A stretch of DNA of 64,000 nt from an uncultured Nitrososphaeria archaeon (GCA_964655015.1 CAZZKR010000007.1:511-64510), one strand, 5' to 3'. Positions 37,821 to 48,875 are shown, numbered from the stretch's first letter. Notes: a model not told the origin generated them from the sequence alone. Program-made: numbers and translations.

Positions 37821-40800
37821 GTATGCCAAAACGTGAAGATATACGTAAAATCATGATAATCGGCTCCGGCCCTATTGTGATTGGACAGGCATGTGAATTT
37901 GACTACTCGGGAAGCCAAGCCTGCAAGGCGCTTAAAGAAGAAGGCTATGAGGTTGTGCTAGTAAACTCGAACCCAGCAACTATTATGACCGACCCCGAGA
38001 TGGCTGACAAGATATACATCGAACCGTTGACTCCCGAGGTAGTCGCGGAAATAATTAAAAAAGAATTGCCTGATGCTCTACTTCCAACACTCGGAGGGCA
38101 GACGGCTCTAAATATAGCGGCTGAACTTGCAGAAAGGGGCATTCTGGATGAATACGGTGTGGAACTTATTGGAGCAAAGTTGGAGGCTATAAAGAAGGGA
38201 GAGGACCGAATTCTTTTCAAAGAAGCTATGGAAAGAATAGGTCTGCCCGTTCCGAGAAGTTTTCCAGCATATTCTGTTGAGGAAGCGGTCGAGATAGCTG
38301 ATAAGTTGGGGTACCCAGTCATCATCAGACCTGCATACACTCTAGGCGGAACTGGTGGTGGAGTCGCATACAACAGGGAGGAACTGGAGCAGATAGTTGC
38401 CAGAGGTTTGAGTTACAGTCGTATAGGACAAGTTATAATCGATGAGTCCCTTATTGGATGGAAAGAGTACGAACTCGAGGTCATGAGGGACTTAGCGGAT
38501 AATGTCGTGATTATTTGTTCAATAGAAAATATGGACCCGATGGGCATACATACAGGTGATAGCATAACGGTCGCGCCGGCCCAAACGTTAACAGATAAAG
38601 AATACCAAGTTCTAAGGGACGCAGCAATAAAAGTCATACGTGAAGTAGGTGTTGAGACAGGTGGTTCGAACATACAGTTTGCAGTACATCCAGAGAACGG
38701 TCGTTTCATGGTTATAGAGATAAACCCCAGAGTTTCTAGGAGTTCGGCCTTAGCATCAAAAGCAACAGGGTATCCTATAGCAAAGGTAGCAGCGAAGCTT
38801 GCTGTCGGCTTATTGCTCGATGAGATTCCAAACGACATAACTAAGAAGACACCAGCATCTTTCGAACCAACGATAGATTACGTGGTAGTCAAAGTTCCCA
38901 GATGGCCCTTCGATAAGTTTCCCGAGGCTGATAAAACACTAACAACACAGATGAAGTCTGTTGGTGAAGTTATGGCAATAGGTCGTACTTTTGAGGAGGC
39001 TTTGCAGAAGGCAATAAGATCGTTGGAGATTGGGAGGTACGGTCTAGGAGCCGATGGAAAGGATGAGGAAATGCCTGATGTGAAGACCCTTCGCGATTAT
39101 CTCAGGATTCCTACACATAAACGGGTATTCTATATCAGGCATGCAATAAAGATCGGCATGAGTATTGACGAGATTTATGCGCTTACGAAAATCGATAGGT
39201 GGTTTATTCAGAAGATCAAGAACATAGTCGATATGGAGAACGAATTATCAAAGTACACGGTTGAAACTATTCCGAAGGAGGTGCTTCTTAAAGCCAAGAA
39301 GCTTGGCTTCTCAGATAGACAAATAGCATTTCTGTTAGGTACCGATGAACTCACAATCAGGGAGCTTAGAAAGAGGATGGGTATAGTGCCTGTGTATAAA
39401 ATGGTAGATACATGTGCGGCCGAATTCGAGGCAGAAACACCATACTACTATTCTTGTTACGATGATGAAGATGAAATACGACAGAGTGAAAAGAAGAAGA
39501 TAGTCATACTCGGCTCAGGGCCTAACAGGATTGGACAGGGAATCGAATTCGACTATTGTTGTGTACATGCTGTCAAGGCATTAAAGGAGGAGGGTTACGA
39601 AGTTATAATGGTGAATTGCAACCCTGAAACCGTAAGCACAGACTTCGATATTTCAGACAAGCTATACTTCGAGCCCTTAACATTTGAAGACGTGATGAAC
39701 ATAATTGAAAAAGAAAAGCCTGAAGGCGTAATCGTTCAATTTGGAGGTCAAACTCCCCTAAACTTAGCTATACCTCTGGAGAAGCAGGGCGTGAAGATTC
39801 TTGGAACAACTCCAGATGATATTGACAGGGCGGAGGACAGGAAGAGGTTTACTGAGGTTTTGGAAAAGCTCAAGATACCCCAACCGCCTTACGGAACGGC
39901 TATGAGCGTAGAAGAAGCAAAGGAGGTCGCCAGAAAACTTGGTTATCCCGTACTGGTAAGGCCCTCTTACGTTCTCGGAGGAAGGGCTATGGAGATAGTA
40001 TATGACGAAGAATCCCTAGTCAAGTATGTGAAAGAGGCGATAAAAGTTTCACCAGAACATCCGGTCTTAATAGACAAATTCTTAGAAGATGCCATAGAGG
40101 CCGAAATCGATGCAATCTCTGACGGAGAAAATGTGTATATAGGCGGTGTCATGGAGCACATAGAAGAGGCGGGAGTGCATTCAGGAGATGCTGCATGCGT
40201 TATACCGCCCTACAGTCTCAGCAAAGAAACGATCGAGACCATGATAGATTATACGCGCAAAATAGCGAGGGAGCTTCACGTTGTAGGTTTGATAAACGTC
40301 CAGTTCGCGATAAAGGACGGCAAAGTGTATGTGTTCGAGGCCAACCCCCGTGCCTCTAGGACTGTACCGTTTGTTAGCAAGGCTACTGGTGTACCGCTGG
40401 CAAAGATCGCAGCGAAGCTTATGGTAGGTCATCGCCTCAGCGAGTTTGGTCTAGGAGAAGTAGCAGAGTTAGATCATGTAGCAGTAAAAGAGGCAGTTTT
40501 CCCCTTTGCAAAGTTGCCTGGAGTAGACGTTGTGCTAGGTCCTGAGATGAAATCTACGGGCGAGGTAATGGGGATTGACAAAGATTTTGGAATAGCTTAC
40601 TATAAGGCTGAGCTGGCAGCGGATACGCGCCTGCCAACCGAAGGAAACGTCTTCATAAGTGTGAGGGACGACGAAAAGCTACGCATAATTCCAGTGGCTA
40701 AGAAGCTGAAGGAATTGGGTCTAAACATCTTGGCGACAAAAGGAACCGCAGAAGTTCTGGCCGCTGCCGGTATAGATGTTAAAATCGTACCAAAAATCGG

Positions 40801-41080
40801 TGAAGACCGTCCAGACATACTTGATTACATAAAGTCTGACAAAATAGACCTAATAATAAACGTCCCAAAGGGCAAAGGTTCCAAAGACGATGAATTCCAA
40901 ATAAGAAGAGCAGCGGTGGAACACAAAGTGCCATACATAACGACAATAGCAGCGGCTCAAGCTGCCGTTAAAGCGATCGAGAAGATAAAGAAGGAAGGCA
41001 CCTTTACCGTTAAATCATTGCAAGAATATCATGCTAAGCTACTCGTAAAAGAAAGCAAAAGTGTAAATCGTAACGCTTAG
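37817..41080 (+). CDS. carB: Carbamoyl-phosphate synthase large subunit
   Basis: [27 protein letters not shown]; duplicated ATP-grasp domains; MGS tail. Confidence 0.98.
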   Translation: MSMPKREDIRKIMIIGSGPIVIGQACEFDYSGSQACKALKEEGYEVVLVNSNPATIMTDPEMADKIYIEPLTPEVVAEIIKKELPDALLPTLGGQTALNIAAELAERGILDEYGVELIGAKLEAIKKGEDRILFKEAMERIGLPVPRSFPAYSVEEAVEIADKLGYPVIIRPAYTLGGTGGGVAYNREELEQIVARGLSYSRIGQVIIDESLIGWKEYELEVMRDLADNVVIICSIENMDPMGIHTGDSITVAPAQTLTDKEYQVLRDAAIKVIREVGVETGGSNIQFAVHPENGRFMVIEINPRVSRSSALASKATGYPIAKVAAKLAVGLLLDEIPNDITKKTPASFEPTIDYVVVKVPRWPFDKFPEADKTLTTQMKSVGEVMAIGRTFEEALQKAIRSLEIGRYGLGADGKDEEMPDVKTLRDYLRIPTHKRVFYIRHAIKIGMSIDEIYALTKIDRWFIQKIKNIVDMENELSKYTVETIPKEVLLKAKKLGFSDRQIAFLLGTDELTIRELRKRMGIVPVYKMVDTCAAEFEAETPYYYSCYDDEDEIRQSEKKKIVILGSGPNRIGQGIEFDYCCVHAVKALKEEGYEVIMVNCNPETVSTDFDISDKLYFEPLTFEDVMNIIEKEKPEGVIVQFGGQTPLNLAIPLEKQGVKILGTTPDDIDRAEDRKRFTEVLEKLKIPQPPYGTAMSVEEAKEVARKLGYPVLVRPSYVLGGRAMEIVYDEESLVKYVKEAIKVSPEHPVLIDKFLEDAIEAEIDAISDGENVYIGGVMEHIEEAGVHSGDAACVIPPYSLSKETIETMIDYTRKIARELHVVGLINVQFAIKDGKVYVFEANPRASRTVPFVSKATGVPLAKIAAKLMVGHRLSEFGLGEVAELDHVAVKEAVFPFAKLPGVDVVLGPEMKSTGEVMGIDKDFGIAYYKAELAADTRLPTEGNVFISVRDDEKLRIIPVAKKLKELGLNILATKGTAEVLAAAGIDVKIVPKIGEDRPDILDYIKSDKIDLIINVPKGKGSKDDEFQIRRAAVEHKVPYITTIAAAQAAVKAIEKIKKEGTFTVKSLQEYHAKLLVKESKSVNRNA

Positions 41081-41818
41081 CTAACCCCGATACAGCTTTT
41101 TGAATGCCTTGTAGAGCGGTATCGCAACTGCTGTTCCTATTATCGACTGTCCAAGGTTCACAGGTATCTCAGCCAAAGCAGCGACGTTCAAAAAGAACTG
41201 CTCATACACGAAGTATCCCGAGACCATGAGAAGTCCGCCAAGGAGTAAAGAAAGTATTAACCAACCTTCGTAGCCTTTTTCTTTAACAACAAAGTAGACC
41301 GGCGTGGCTACAGCTGCGGCTGCCAAACCGATCCACGAGTAGGGTGCGATCGTGAAGATGAACGATTGCGCGCCTTCACCAATCGGGAATATAGAAACTT
41401 CAACCTCACCGACAAACAACATAACGCCTATCAGAAGTATGAGCACAAAGTACCCAGCAACGAGTGCATAAGACGCCACTGCAAGCTGCCATCCGCCCTT
41501 CTTCGGAGCTTTCTTGACAAGGTATCCGACAAGTGCCCCCTCGGCTGCCTTTATGAGTAATGTTGCAGGGGCATAATAGTAGTAACCTAGTGCTAAGTCA
41601 GCTATCATAGAACCTACGCCACCTGCAAATGCGGCTATTCCGGGCCCCATCGTGAGCGCCGTGAAGTATATCATAGTTTCACCCAAATTGAAGTAACCTC
41701 TGGTGGCTGGTACGTAAATGGATAGGACCATCGTGGCAACGGCGACTAGCGATGTAAAGACCGCTAACTTTGCTACGATTACGCTACGGCGCTGCATGCC
41801 AGAATTTTTCAAAAACAA
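41081..41818 (-). CDS. ECF transporter S component (substrate unknown)
   Basis: IYVPAT.GYFNLGE.MI...GG.GS..ADL..GY...AP.T..IK..EG...E.P.N..Q. Confidence 0.85.
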   Translation of the reverse strand: MFLKNSGMQRRSVIVAKLAVFTSLVAVATMVLSIYVPATRGYFNLGETMIYFTALTMGPGIAAFAGGVGSMIADLALGYYYYAPATLLIKAAEGALVGYLVKKAPKKGGWQLAVASYALVAGYFVLILLIGVMLFVGEVEVSIFPIGEGAQSFIFTIAPYSWIGLAAAAVATPVYFVVKEKGYEGWLILSLLLGGLLMVSGYFVYEQFFLNVAALAEIPVNLGQSIIGTAVAIPLYKAFKKLYRG

Positions 41819-41850
41819 AATATATAACCTTCAACCTACATATAGGTTGT

Positions 41851-43320
41851 ATGGGCTTCAGGTTTTCATGCGTGAGATGCGGCAGACATTTTGATAACAG
41901 AAAAAACCCGACTCGGTGTCCAAGCTGTGGCGGCCAAGCGCTTATCGAGTACGATTATGATCAACTTTCATCCACTATAAGTAGGGAGGAACTCGTTAAA
42001 ACTCCTCCAAGTATGTGGAAGTACTCGTTTCTCATACCACTCACGAAAGACGACTCTGTTGTGTCTTTGGGCGAAGGTGGTACTTTCCTCCAGAAAGCTG
42101 AAAGGTTAGGAGAGGAGCTTGGAATCAAGAACGTGTATTTGAAGAATGAAACGGTAAACCCTACCGGATCTTTCTTAGACAGAGGAGTTTCTCTCGAAGC
42201 AACGAAGGCAAAGAGTATGGGCTACCGCATCCTCAAGTGCGCGAGCAGAGGAAATTTGGGCGCCTCAGTCGCTGCGTATGCAGCAAAAGCCGGTTTAAAC
42301 TGCAGGATCTATACAACATTGGGCGTCGAGTTAGGTAAGCTTTATCAGGCCGTTGTCTGTGGCGCTGAGATAAACTTTGTTAAGACATACGACGATGCCC
42401 TTAAGGTTTTAGAGAATCCATACGAGGGAGAGTATATAATATCTGTGACGAACCCGTTTTTTCTTGAAGGAATAAAAACTACTGGATACGAGGTTTGCGA
42501 GCAACTTTGTTGGTCTCCTCCTGAGTTCTTCATCGTACCCGTCGGCGAAGGTGGACACTTATCGATGATATGGAAAGCTCTGAGGGAATTAAGCTATGTT
42601 GGGCTTATTGATGATGTGCATTCAAGAATGTTAGGCGTTCAGGCAAAAAGCTGCTCACCTATAGTTGAAGCATTCAGAAAGAATCTTGACAAACCTGCCA
42701 AACCTAAAGATTTTGGGATGACGTTCCACGACATAGCAGTCAGGCAACCTATGTTGGGAGAACTTTGCCTGAAAGCTTTAAGGGAATCAAATGGTTATGC
42801 TCTCGCAGTATCCGAGAATAAGATACTTGAAGCCACAAGACTTTTAGCCAAATGTGAGGGCATATTTGCCGAACCAGCCGCAGCCTCAACGATAGCAGCC
42901 CTTAAGGTTGCCCTAGAAGACGGAATAATAGAAAGATCCGATAAAGTTGTATGTATAATAACGGGTGCAGGTTTAAAGGATCCAGCAGCAGTCAAGAGTT
43001 TAATAAAGCACTCGGCCACGGAAGCTCCTATAGCACTTATGCTTGCATCCTCGTTAGATAATCGATTAGGAAGGACAAAGCGCTTAATACTAAAAATTTT
43101 ACAAAGACATCCAAGTCATGGATATCTTTTATGGAAAACTCTTACGCAAGAATTCGGTCTGACAATCACGTTACCATCAATGTACCAACATCTACAGGAA
43201 CTTTTGGCCGCCGGCTTAGTAGCGGTTGCAAACGAGGGAGGCCCATCGGAAAGAAAAAAGAAAGTTTATGTTTTGACGAAGAAGGGAGAAACAATTCTGT
43301 CATCAGAGTTCGTGACATGA
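41851..43320 (+). CDS. Threonine-synthase-fold protein lacking the PLP Lys, fused to a C-terminal PadR wHTH
   Basis: N-terminal CxxC/CxxC ribbon; SLGEGGT, NPTGSFLDRG (K to L), AS.GN, VPVG.GG, EPA.A, TG.GLKD; then HGY....L...YQHL..L...GLV...RK.Y.LT.KG. Confidence 0.8.
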   Translation: MGFRFSCVRCGRHFDNRKNPTRCPSCGGQALIEYDYDQLSSTISREELVKTPPSMWKYSFLIPLTKDDSVVSLGEGGTFLQKAERLGEELGIKNVYLKNETVNPTGSFLDRGVSLEATKAKSMGYRILKCASRGNLGASVAAYAAKAGLNCRIYTTLGVELGKLYQAVVCGAEINFVKTYDDALKVLENPYEGEYIISVTNPFFLEGIKTTGYEVCEQLCWSPPEFFIVPVGEGGHLSMIWKALRELSYVGLIDDVHSRMLGVQAKSCSPIVEAFRKNLDKPAKPKDFGMTFHDIAVRQPMLGELCLKALRESNGYALAVSENKILEATRLLAKCEGIFAEPAAASTIAALKVALEDGIIERSDKVVCIITGAGLKDPAAVKSLIKHSATEAPIALMLASSLDNRLGRTKRLILKILQRHPSHGYLLWKTLTQEFGLTITLPSMYQHLQELLAAGLVAVANEGGPSERKKKVYVLTKKGETILSSEFVT

Positions 43321-43363
43321 GTTTTGTCAAATTTATTAGCTGGTTTTCATCGAAAATAAATGC

Positions 43364-43912
43364 ATGAAGATTGTTGTGGCGATAACAGGGGCTTCGGGCG
43401 CACCAATCGCTGAAAGGTTGTTAGAAGTTTTGAAAGCGGGTAAGCACCAAGTTTACTTGATTCTTTCTAGGAACGGCGAAGCTCTCATCCGGACCGAAGC
43501 AAACCTAGAAAAGGTAAAATCATATGCAGACAAAATTTTTCGGGAAGACGAATTTGAGGCTCCACTCTCAAGCGGCTCTTTTTTCGTTGACGGAATGGTG
43601 GTCGTGCCGTGCTCCATGAAGACGCTTGCCGCAATTGCCAACGGTATGGAAGAAAACTTGATAGTAAGAGCGGCACTCGTCTCTCTTAAGCAGAGAAGGA
43701 AGCTGATTCTAGTACCGCGTGAAACACCTTTAGCCGAACCATACATTATCAATATGCTTAAGGCAACTAGGGCGGGAGCAGTCGTGTTACCACCGGTTCT
43801 AACTTTCTATCATTCACCGAAGACCATTCAGGACCTTATAGACTTTATAGTCGGGAGGATTTTGGAAATCCTCGGGATTGAGCATAATTTATACAAAAGG
43901 TGGGGAGAATGA
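43364..43912 (+). CDS. ubiX: Flavin prenyltransferase UbiX
   Basis: VAITGASG...SSGS...M.VVPCSMKTLA.IA.G...NLI.RAA...LK.RR.L.LVPRETP...PP...FY..P. Confidence 0.96.
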   Translation: MKIVVAITGASGAPIAERLLEVLKAGKHQVYLILSRNGEALIRTEANLEKVKSYADKIFREDEFEAPLSSGSFFVDGMVVVPCSMKTLAAIANGMEENLIVRAALVSLKQRRKLILVPRETPLAEPYIINMLKATRAGAVVLPPVLTFYHSPKTIQDLIDFIVGRILEILGIEHNLYKRWGE

Positions 43913-45207
43913 GGGATTTCCTGAGCGAGCTTGAGAGGGAAGGTGAACTCATTAACATCGTAAAACCGGTCTCGACAAAATTTGAGGCAGCCGCAATAAT
44001 GAAGAAGCTTGATGGGAGGCCCGTACTCTTTCACAAGATTAAGGAATGTGAAGGGTTCAGGTTAGCAGCGAACATCTGCGGTAGTAGAAGGATTTTAGCA
44101 AAGGCCTTAGGTGTGAGCGAGGACGCTATACTCAGGAAGCTGAACGATGCCATAGAAAACCCAAGCAGGGGCGAAATCGTCGATGATGCGCCGTGTCAGC
44201 AAGTAATCGAGAGAAATCCTGACCTAAGAAAATTTCCGTTCTTGATTTTCGGCCAACACGATGGTGGACCTTATACTACCGCCAGCATAATTATTGCCCA
44301 TGACAAGGAGTATGGTTTTAATGCAAGTTTCCACAGACTGATGCTTATAGGTAAGAACAGAGTCGTCGCTAGAATACTCCCAAGACATCTTGATGAGTTT
44401 ATACGCAGGGGCAATAGAAATGTTGCAATAACTTTCGGAAACCATCCTGCATTCATGATAGCGGCGGCCATTACTTGGAAGATAGGTGTCAGCGAGTTAG
44501 ATATAGCAAACTCGTTAAGGAAGATGAGATATGCGCGATGCGTAACGAATGAACTACTCGTACCCGCAGACTGTGAAGTTGTGATGGAGGGTGTTGTAAC
44601 AGATGAATGGGCAGACGAAGGTCCAATAATTGACATAACGGGTACATACGACGTTGTGAGAAAGCAGAGGGTAATTGAGATAGAGTGCGTAACTATGAGA
44701 CGTGACCCAATCTTCCAAGCAATATTGTTGGCGGGTAGCGAGCATAAAATCCTGATGGGCACACCGAGAGAAGCAACGATATACAAAGAGGTTGGAAAAG
44801 TTTGCGAATGTTTAGACGTTAGATTGACGCCTGGTGGTTGTAAGTGGTTCAATGCTGTCGTAAAGATAAGAAAAAGACATGCAGATGATGGAAAAAAAGC
44901 CATAGAGGCGGCATTTAGGGGACACGGTAGTCTAAAACATGTTCTCGTAGTTGACGAAGACATAAACATCGACGACCCGCTTGAGCTGGAATGGGTATTG
45001 GCGACAAGGGTGCAGATGGACAAGTGCCTAGTGCTCAAACCTAATGAGTACGGCTCTTCTTTGGACCCATCTGCTGACCAGTACACACGAAAGACATGCA
45101 AAGCTGGAATAGATGCAACATTGCCTTTAGACGCTGACCTGAAGCTCTTTAAAAAGGCCAAGATACCAGGAGAGGAAAGTATAAAGATTGAGGACTACAT
45201 AAAGTAA
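43909..45207 (+). CDS. ubiD: UbiD-family prFMN decarboxylase, probable anhydromevalonate phosphate decarboxylase
   Basis: FHRLM...E..MEG...EGP..DITGTYD...VVDED; sits next to ubiX and acnX. Confidence 0.85.
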   Translation: MRDFLSELEREGELINIVKPVSTKFEAAAIMKKLDGRPVLFHKIKECEGFRLAANICGSRRILAKALGVSEDAILRKLNDAIENPSRGEIVDDAPCQQVIERNPDLRKFPFLIFGQHDGGPYTTASIIIAHDKEYGFNASFHRLMLIGKNRVVARILPRHLDEFIRRGNRNVAITFGNHPAFMIAAAITWKIGVSELDIANSLRKMRYARCVTNELLVPADCEVVMEGVVTDEWADEGPIIDITGTYDVVRKQRVIEIECVTMRRDPIFQAILLAGSEHKILMGTPREATIYKEVGKVCECLDVRLTPGGCKWFNAVVKIRKRHADDGKKAIEAAFRGHGSLKHVLVVDEDINIDDPLELEWVLATRVQMDKCLVLKPNEYGSSLDPSADQYTRKTCKAGIDATLPLDADLKLFKKAKIPGEESIKIEDYIK

Positions 45208-45232
45208 CTAAAACTGCACAATCGTTGGTGTA

Positions 45233-46420
45233 ATGAAAATGTACCTTTCAAAAGAAGAAGAACGTATGCTAGTCGGAGAGTGCGGATATGCCGCGCAAAA
45301 AGCTATGGAGATACTCGTAGCGCTTGGAAAAATTTACGATGCTGAGAAGTTAGTTCCCATCACAAGTGCTCACATATCGGGTGTATCGTATGCTAACGTG
45401 GGCGAAGATGGGCTAGAGTTTTTGGAAGAACTTGCGTCTGATGGCAAAGTTCTCGTGCAGACGACACTTAATCCTGCGGGCATGGATTTGGACAGATGGA
45501 GTTTGATGGGCATTGATAGAGAGTTCGCGGAGAATCAGCTAAGGGTGATAGATGTATACAGAAGGATAGGTGTCAAGATAACGTGCACATGTACTCCATA
45601 CCTTGTTGGCAATGAGCCTAGAATGGGCGACCACATCGCGTGGAGTGAAAGCTCGGCAGTGGTTTATGCAAATTCAGTCATAGGCGCTAAGACAAACAGA
45701 GAGAGCGGAATAAGCGCTTTGGCGGCCGCGATAACTGGTAGGACGCCCTTTTATGGTCTACACCTCAAAGAAAACCGTCAGCCAACCGTAGAGGTTAGGG
45801 TACCACAACCAAAGGGGGCGTTTGAGTTTGCTTGCCTCGGCATAGTCGTCGGAAGGTTAGTCGGCGACGGCATACCTCTTTTCAGGGGTATGCTTCACGC
45901 TGAGCCAGATGAATTAAAGGCGTTGGGCGCGGCGTTGGCCAGCGTCGGCGGCGTGCCCATGTTCCACGTGGAAGGTATAACGCCGGAGGCTGGAGAGTAT
46001 ATAGATAGACCCATGGAGAAACTCACCGTTACAGAATCTGATATAATAAGTGTCAAAGAAGAGTATGCCAGCGAGGTGGATCCGGATTTGATATTCCTTG
46101 GCTGTCCCCATCTTTCACTTACAGAGCTTAAAAGGATTGCATCATTCTTGGCCGGGAAAAGGGTTAGAAAAAAGCTCTGGTTATGCTGCTCGAGGAGCGT
46201 CAAGCTGGAGGCAGATAGGCTGGGCATAACACAGGTTGTAGAAGCTGCTGGCGGTACGGTCGTATGCGATACCTGTCCGATAGTCGCGCCTGTAAAGGAT
46301 TTAGGGGTAAAAGCCATCGCTACGAACTCGGCCAAAGGAGCATGGTACTCAAGAAACTTAAACAATTTATGTGTGAGATTGCTTCCGACGGAAGAGTGCC
46401 TCAGGGAAGCGACCAGATGA
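45233..46420 (+). CDS. Aconitase X large subunit (DUF521), probable phosphomevalonate dehydratase
   Basis: AH.SGVSY...TTLNP...TCTPY...W.ESSAV..ANSV.GA.TNRE...GCPH.S...DTC..V.P...TNS.K. Confidence 0.9.
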   Translation: MKMYLSKEEERMLVGECGYAAQKAMEILVALGKIYDAEKLVPITSAHISGVSYANVGEDGLEFLEELASDGKVLVQTTLNPAGMDLDRWSLMGIDREFAENQLRVIDVYRRIGVKITCTCTPYLVGNEPRMGDHIAWSESSAVVYANSVIGAKTNRESGISALAAAITGRTPFYGLHLKENRQPTVEVRVPQPKGAFEFACLGIVVGRLVGDGIPLFRGMLHAEPDELKALGAALASVGGVPMFHVEGITPEAGEYIDRPMEKLTVTESDIISVKEEYASEVDPDLIFLGCPHLSLTELKRIASFLAGKRVRKKLWLCCSRSVKLEADRLGITQVVEAAGGTVVCDTCPIVAPVKDLGVKAIATNSAKGAWYSRNLNNLCVRLLPTEECLREATR

Positions 46421-46818
46421 ACGCTGTTTTAGAGTTAAGGGGTAGAGTCATAAAAGGGGGAAGAGCCGAAGGTGAAGCGTTAGTTTCGTCGCAACCGATA
46501 TCCTTCTATGGGGGCGTTGACCCTGATACGGGAATAATCAAGGAAAAGGGACATGAATTAGAAGGAAAAAGCATAGCTGGAAAGGTGCTGATCTTCCCGC
46601 ATGGAAAGGGCTCGACTGTCGGCTCTTACATAATCTACAGGTTGAAGAAAAAGGGCATGGCACCAAGCGCGATAATAAATCAGAGATGCGAGCCTATAGT
46701 TGCTGTCGGTGCGATAATAAGTGACATACCCGCTGTCGATTGTGTTGACACTAGCAAATTTAAGAGCGGTGACTGGGTAAAGATAGAAGACGGAAAAATA
46801 ATCGTGGAGCGGCGTTAA
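46417..46818 (+). CDS. Aconitase X swiveling small subunit (DUF126)
   Basis: G..EGEALVS..PISF.GGVDP.TG......H.L.G.SI.GK.L.FP.GKGST.GS; ATG at 46417 overlaps the upstream stop. Confidence 0.92.
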   Translation: MNAVLELRGRVIKGGRAEGEALVSSQPISFYGGVDPDTGIIKEKGHELEGKSIAGKVLIFPHGKGSTVGSYIIYRLKKKGMAPSAIINQRCEPIVAVGAIISDIPAVDCVDTSKFKSGDWVKIEDGKIIVERR

Positions 46819-47981
46819 AGCTCGCTTACGAAGAACTCCTCAATTTTTTCAGTAATGTAGCGTAATTCGTCGGTGCTAACTTTAGGATGCACTGGTAAGG
46901 AAAGCACTTCGTCCGAAGCCTCCTCGGATATGGGCAGCAAGCCCCTCTGGTAACCATAAAGTCCCATGTAGAGCGGATGTAAGTGAACCGGGGTTGGCCA
47001 GTAGACTGCTGTCTCAATACCGTTCTCCATGAGATACTTCTGTAGCGCATCTCTTGACTTTTTAGGCCCGCTCTTAACTCTTATTGTGTAAACATAATGT
47101 GACGGTTTAACGTAAGAAGGGAAAGTTGGGGTGACAACACCGGATATGCCTTTAAGATAACTTCCTAGGATTTCTGCATTTCTTGCTCTGATGTCATTCA
47201 GCCTATCAAGTTTCGAAAGTTGTACAAGACCAATCGCAGCCTCAAATTCCGTCATCCTATAATTTAGTCCCGGCATTACAGCCATATGCGCTTCTTCCTG
47301 ACCATGCGTTCTGAAGAGTCTGCACTTCCTAGCGTATTCGGCATCGTTGGTGGTTATCATTCCCCCCTCACCGGTCGTCATGTTCTTGCTGGCGAAGAAG
47401 CTAAAGCAGCCCATATGGCCAATGCTGCCAACCTTTCTACCTTTGTAGAGCGCTCCATGCGCCTGAGCAGCGTCCTCGATAACGATTATCCCCTTATCTT
47501 CGGCGATTTCCATTATGGCGTCCATCTCGGCGGGGCATCCGTAAACATGCACGGGTATTACCGCCTTTGTGTTATCTGTTATAGCATTTTGGAACTTTTC
47601 AGGATCCATGCAAAGCGTTACGGGGTCTACGTCCACGAATACGGGCTTAGCACCTTGGATGAGCACGACGTTTGCTGTGGCTACAAAAGTCATCGCAGGT
47701 ACTATGACCTCATCACCGTGTCCTATACCGCATGCTGCGAGAGCAGTATGCAGAGCTGCGGTTCCAGAATTCACAGCAATTGCATACTCAACACCTATGT
47801 ATGATGCGAACATTCTCTCAAAATCGCTGACCTTCTCGCCGCTACCGTGCCATGTGGTAAGCATGCCCGTTCTGAGAACTTCAGAAACCTCCTCTATCTC
47901 AACTTCATCGATTACGGGTTGATTTATTCGAATCTTTCTATCGATCAACTCTCTACGCCCCGAACGAGTACGTTTAAACAT
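46815..47981 (-). CDS. DegT/DnrJ/EryC1/StrS PLP aminotransferase
   Basis: A..NSGTAALH..L...GDEVIVP..TF.AT...IEDAAQAHGA...FSF..SKNMTTGEGG..G.NYRM. Confidence 0.93.
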   Translation of the reverse strand: MFKRTRSGRRELIDRKIRINQPVIDEVEIEEVSEVLRTGMLTTWHGSGEKVSDFERMFASYIGVEYAIAVNSGTAALHTALAACGIGHGDEVIVPAMTFVATANVVLIQGAKPVFVDVDPVTLCMDPEKFQNAITDNTKAVIPVHVYGCPAEMDAIMEIAEDKGIIVIEDAAQAHGALYKGRKVGSIGHMGCFSFFASKNMTTGEGGMITTNDAEYARKCRLFRTHGQEEAHMAVMPGLNYRMTEFEAAIGLVQLSKLDRLNDIRARNAEILGSYLKGISGVVTPTFPSYVKPSHYVYTIRVKSGPKKSRDALQKYLMENGIETAVYWPTPVHLHPLYMGLYGYQRGLLPISEEASDEVLSLPVHPKVSTDELRYITEKIEEFFVSEL

Positions 47982-48275
47982 ATAACACTCCCAAATTTAA
48001 GATGAAAGTCATGGTTTACAAAATTGTCAATCACGGCACCATCCCTTCTAGGAGGCTTTCTGGGCGACTCAATAATATGTGGGTATGTTCCACATGTTAT
48101 GGTGGTATTTTAATTCTACTTGATCAGGTAGGCACGACCAACGCCGCAACTTCGAAACTACATATGTGTCAAAACTCAATCATAAAATGAGAACCGAACC
48201 AATATGTCCCAATTTTTCAAAAACGAGTAACAATGCCGCTATTGAGAAATTTTAGTTAATGCTCTAGGACGTTGC

Positions 48276-48387
48276 TGTGACATCACATAACATCACTCAT
48301 ATATCACACATTCAGAAGTTTTAAGCCCTGCCCTTTAACTGGAAACTGGAGATGTATAGGAAACAAGATGACATCACGTAGCATCAA
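48276..48387. repeat. Helically phased ACATCAC-like heptamer repeats
   Basis: ACATCAC at 48280 and 48290, ATATCAC at 48301, ACATCAC at 48371, GCATCAA at 48381; 10-11 bp spacing within each cluster. Confidence 0.6.
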
Positions 48388-48484
48388 TGCTGGGTAATAC
48401 AAAAAGATTTTCGAGTCAACCGTCGCAGGAAAAATTATTAATCACGCGTATATAGCTCCAGTTTACAAAAGCGTAAACTAGGTG

Positions 48485-48874
48485 ATGCAATTGGATGCTA
48501 CGCTTCTTGATGAGATAAAACAGTATTGGGAGAATGACGTCATATTCAAGCTACTCAGCGAGAGGTGTTCCCTTACCAAGAAACAGCTCGAGACGCTACT
48601 CATAGAACTCTTGCTAGAAAGTAAGGGTGCAAAGCTTACGGTGGACGAAAAGGCAAAGCTCCGTGGGGTCTCGAAGGGCTCATTTTTAAGGACAAAGAAA
48701 CAGGCGATGGACAATATAACTAAGTCGCTTTACACCGTATTGCTGCTGGGTTACCTCGGGTTGTTCGAACTACCGACGTACTCTTGGTTCTTGCAGGCTT
48801 CTGAGACCCTAAACGGCAGGGACCCTGAAGCAATATCTAAACTGCTACTCATGCTTACGGAGGTTAAGAAGTAA
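48485..48874 (+). CDS. Uncharacterised protein, possible HTH
   Basis: Clean ORF after GGTG; LT..Q.E.L...A..RGVSKG.F.R...QA..N...S.YT..LLGYLG pattern looks HTH-like. Confidence 0.65.
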   Translation: MQLDATLLDEIKQYWENDVIFKLLSERCSLTKKQLETLLIELLLESKGAKLTVDEKAKLRGVSKGSFLRTKKQAMDNITKSLYTVLLLGYLGLFELPTYSWFLQASETLNGRDPEAISKLLLMLTEVKK

Positions 48875-48875
48875 G

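Noticed and set aside
48002-48190. 62-aa ORF in the long intergenic region
   Set aside because: No SD, no motif, single CxxC only; cannot be supported as a gene.
48331-48367. Second replication origin (GGAAAC and TCCAG words, ATAGGAAA)
   Set aside because: Only partial ORB words, wrong spacing to the G-string, and no initiator gene adjacent.
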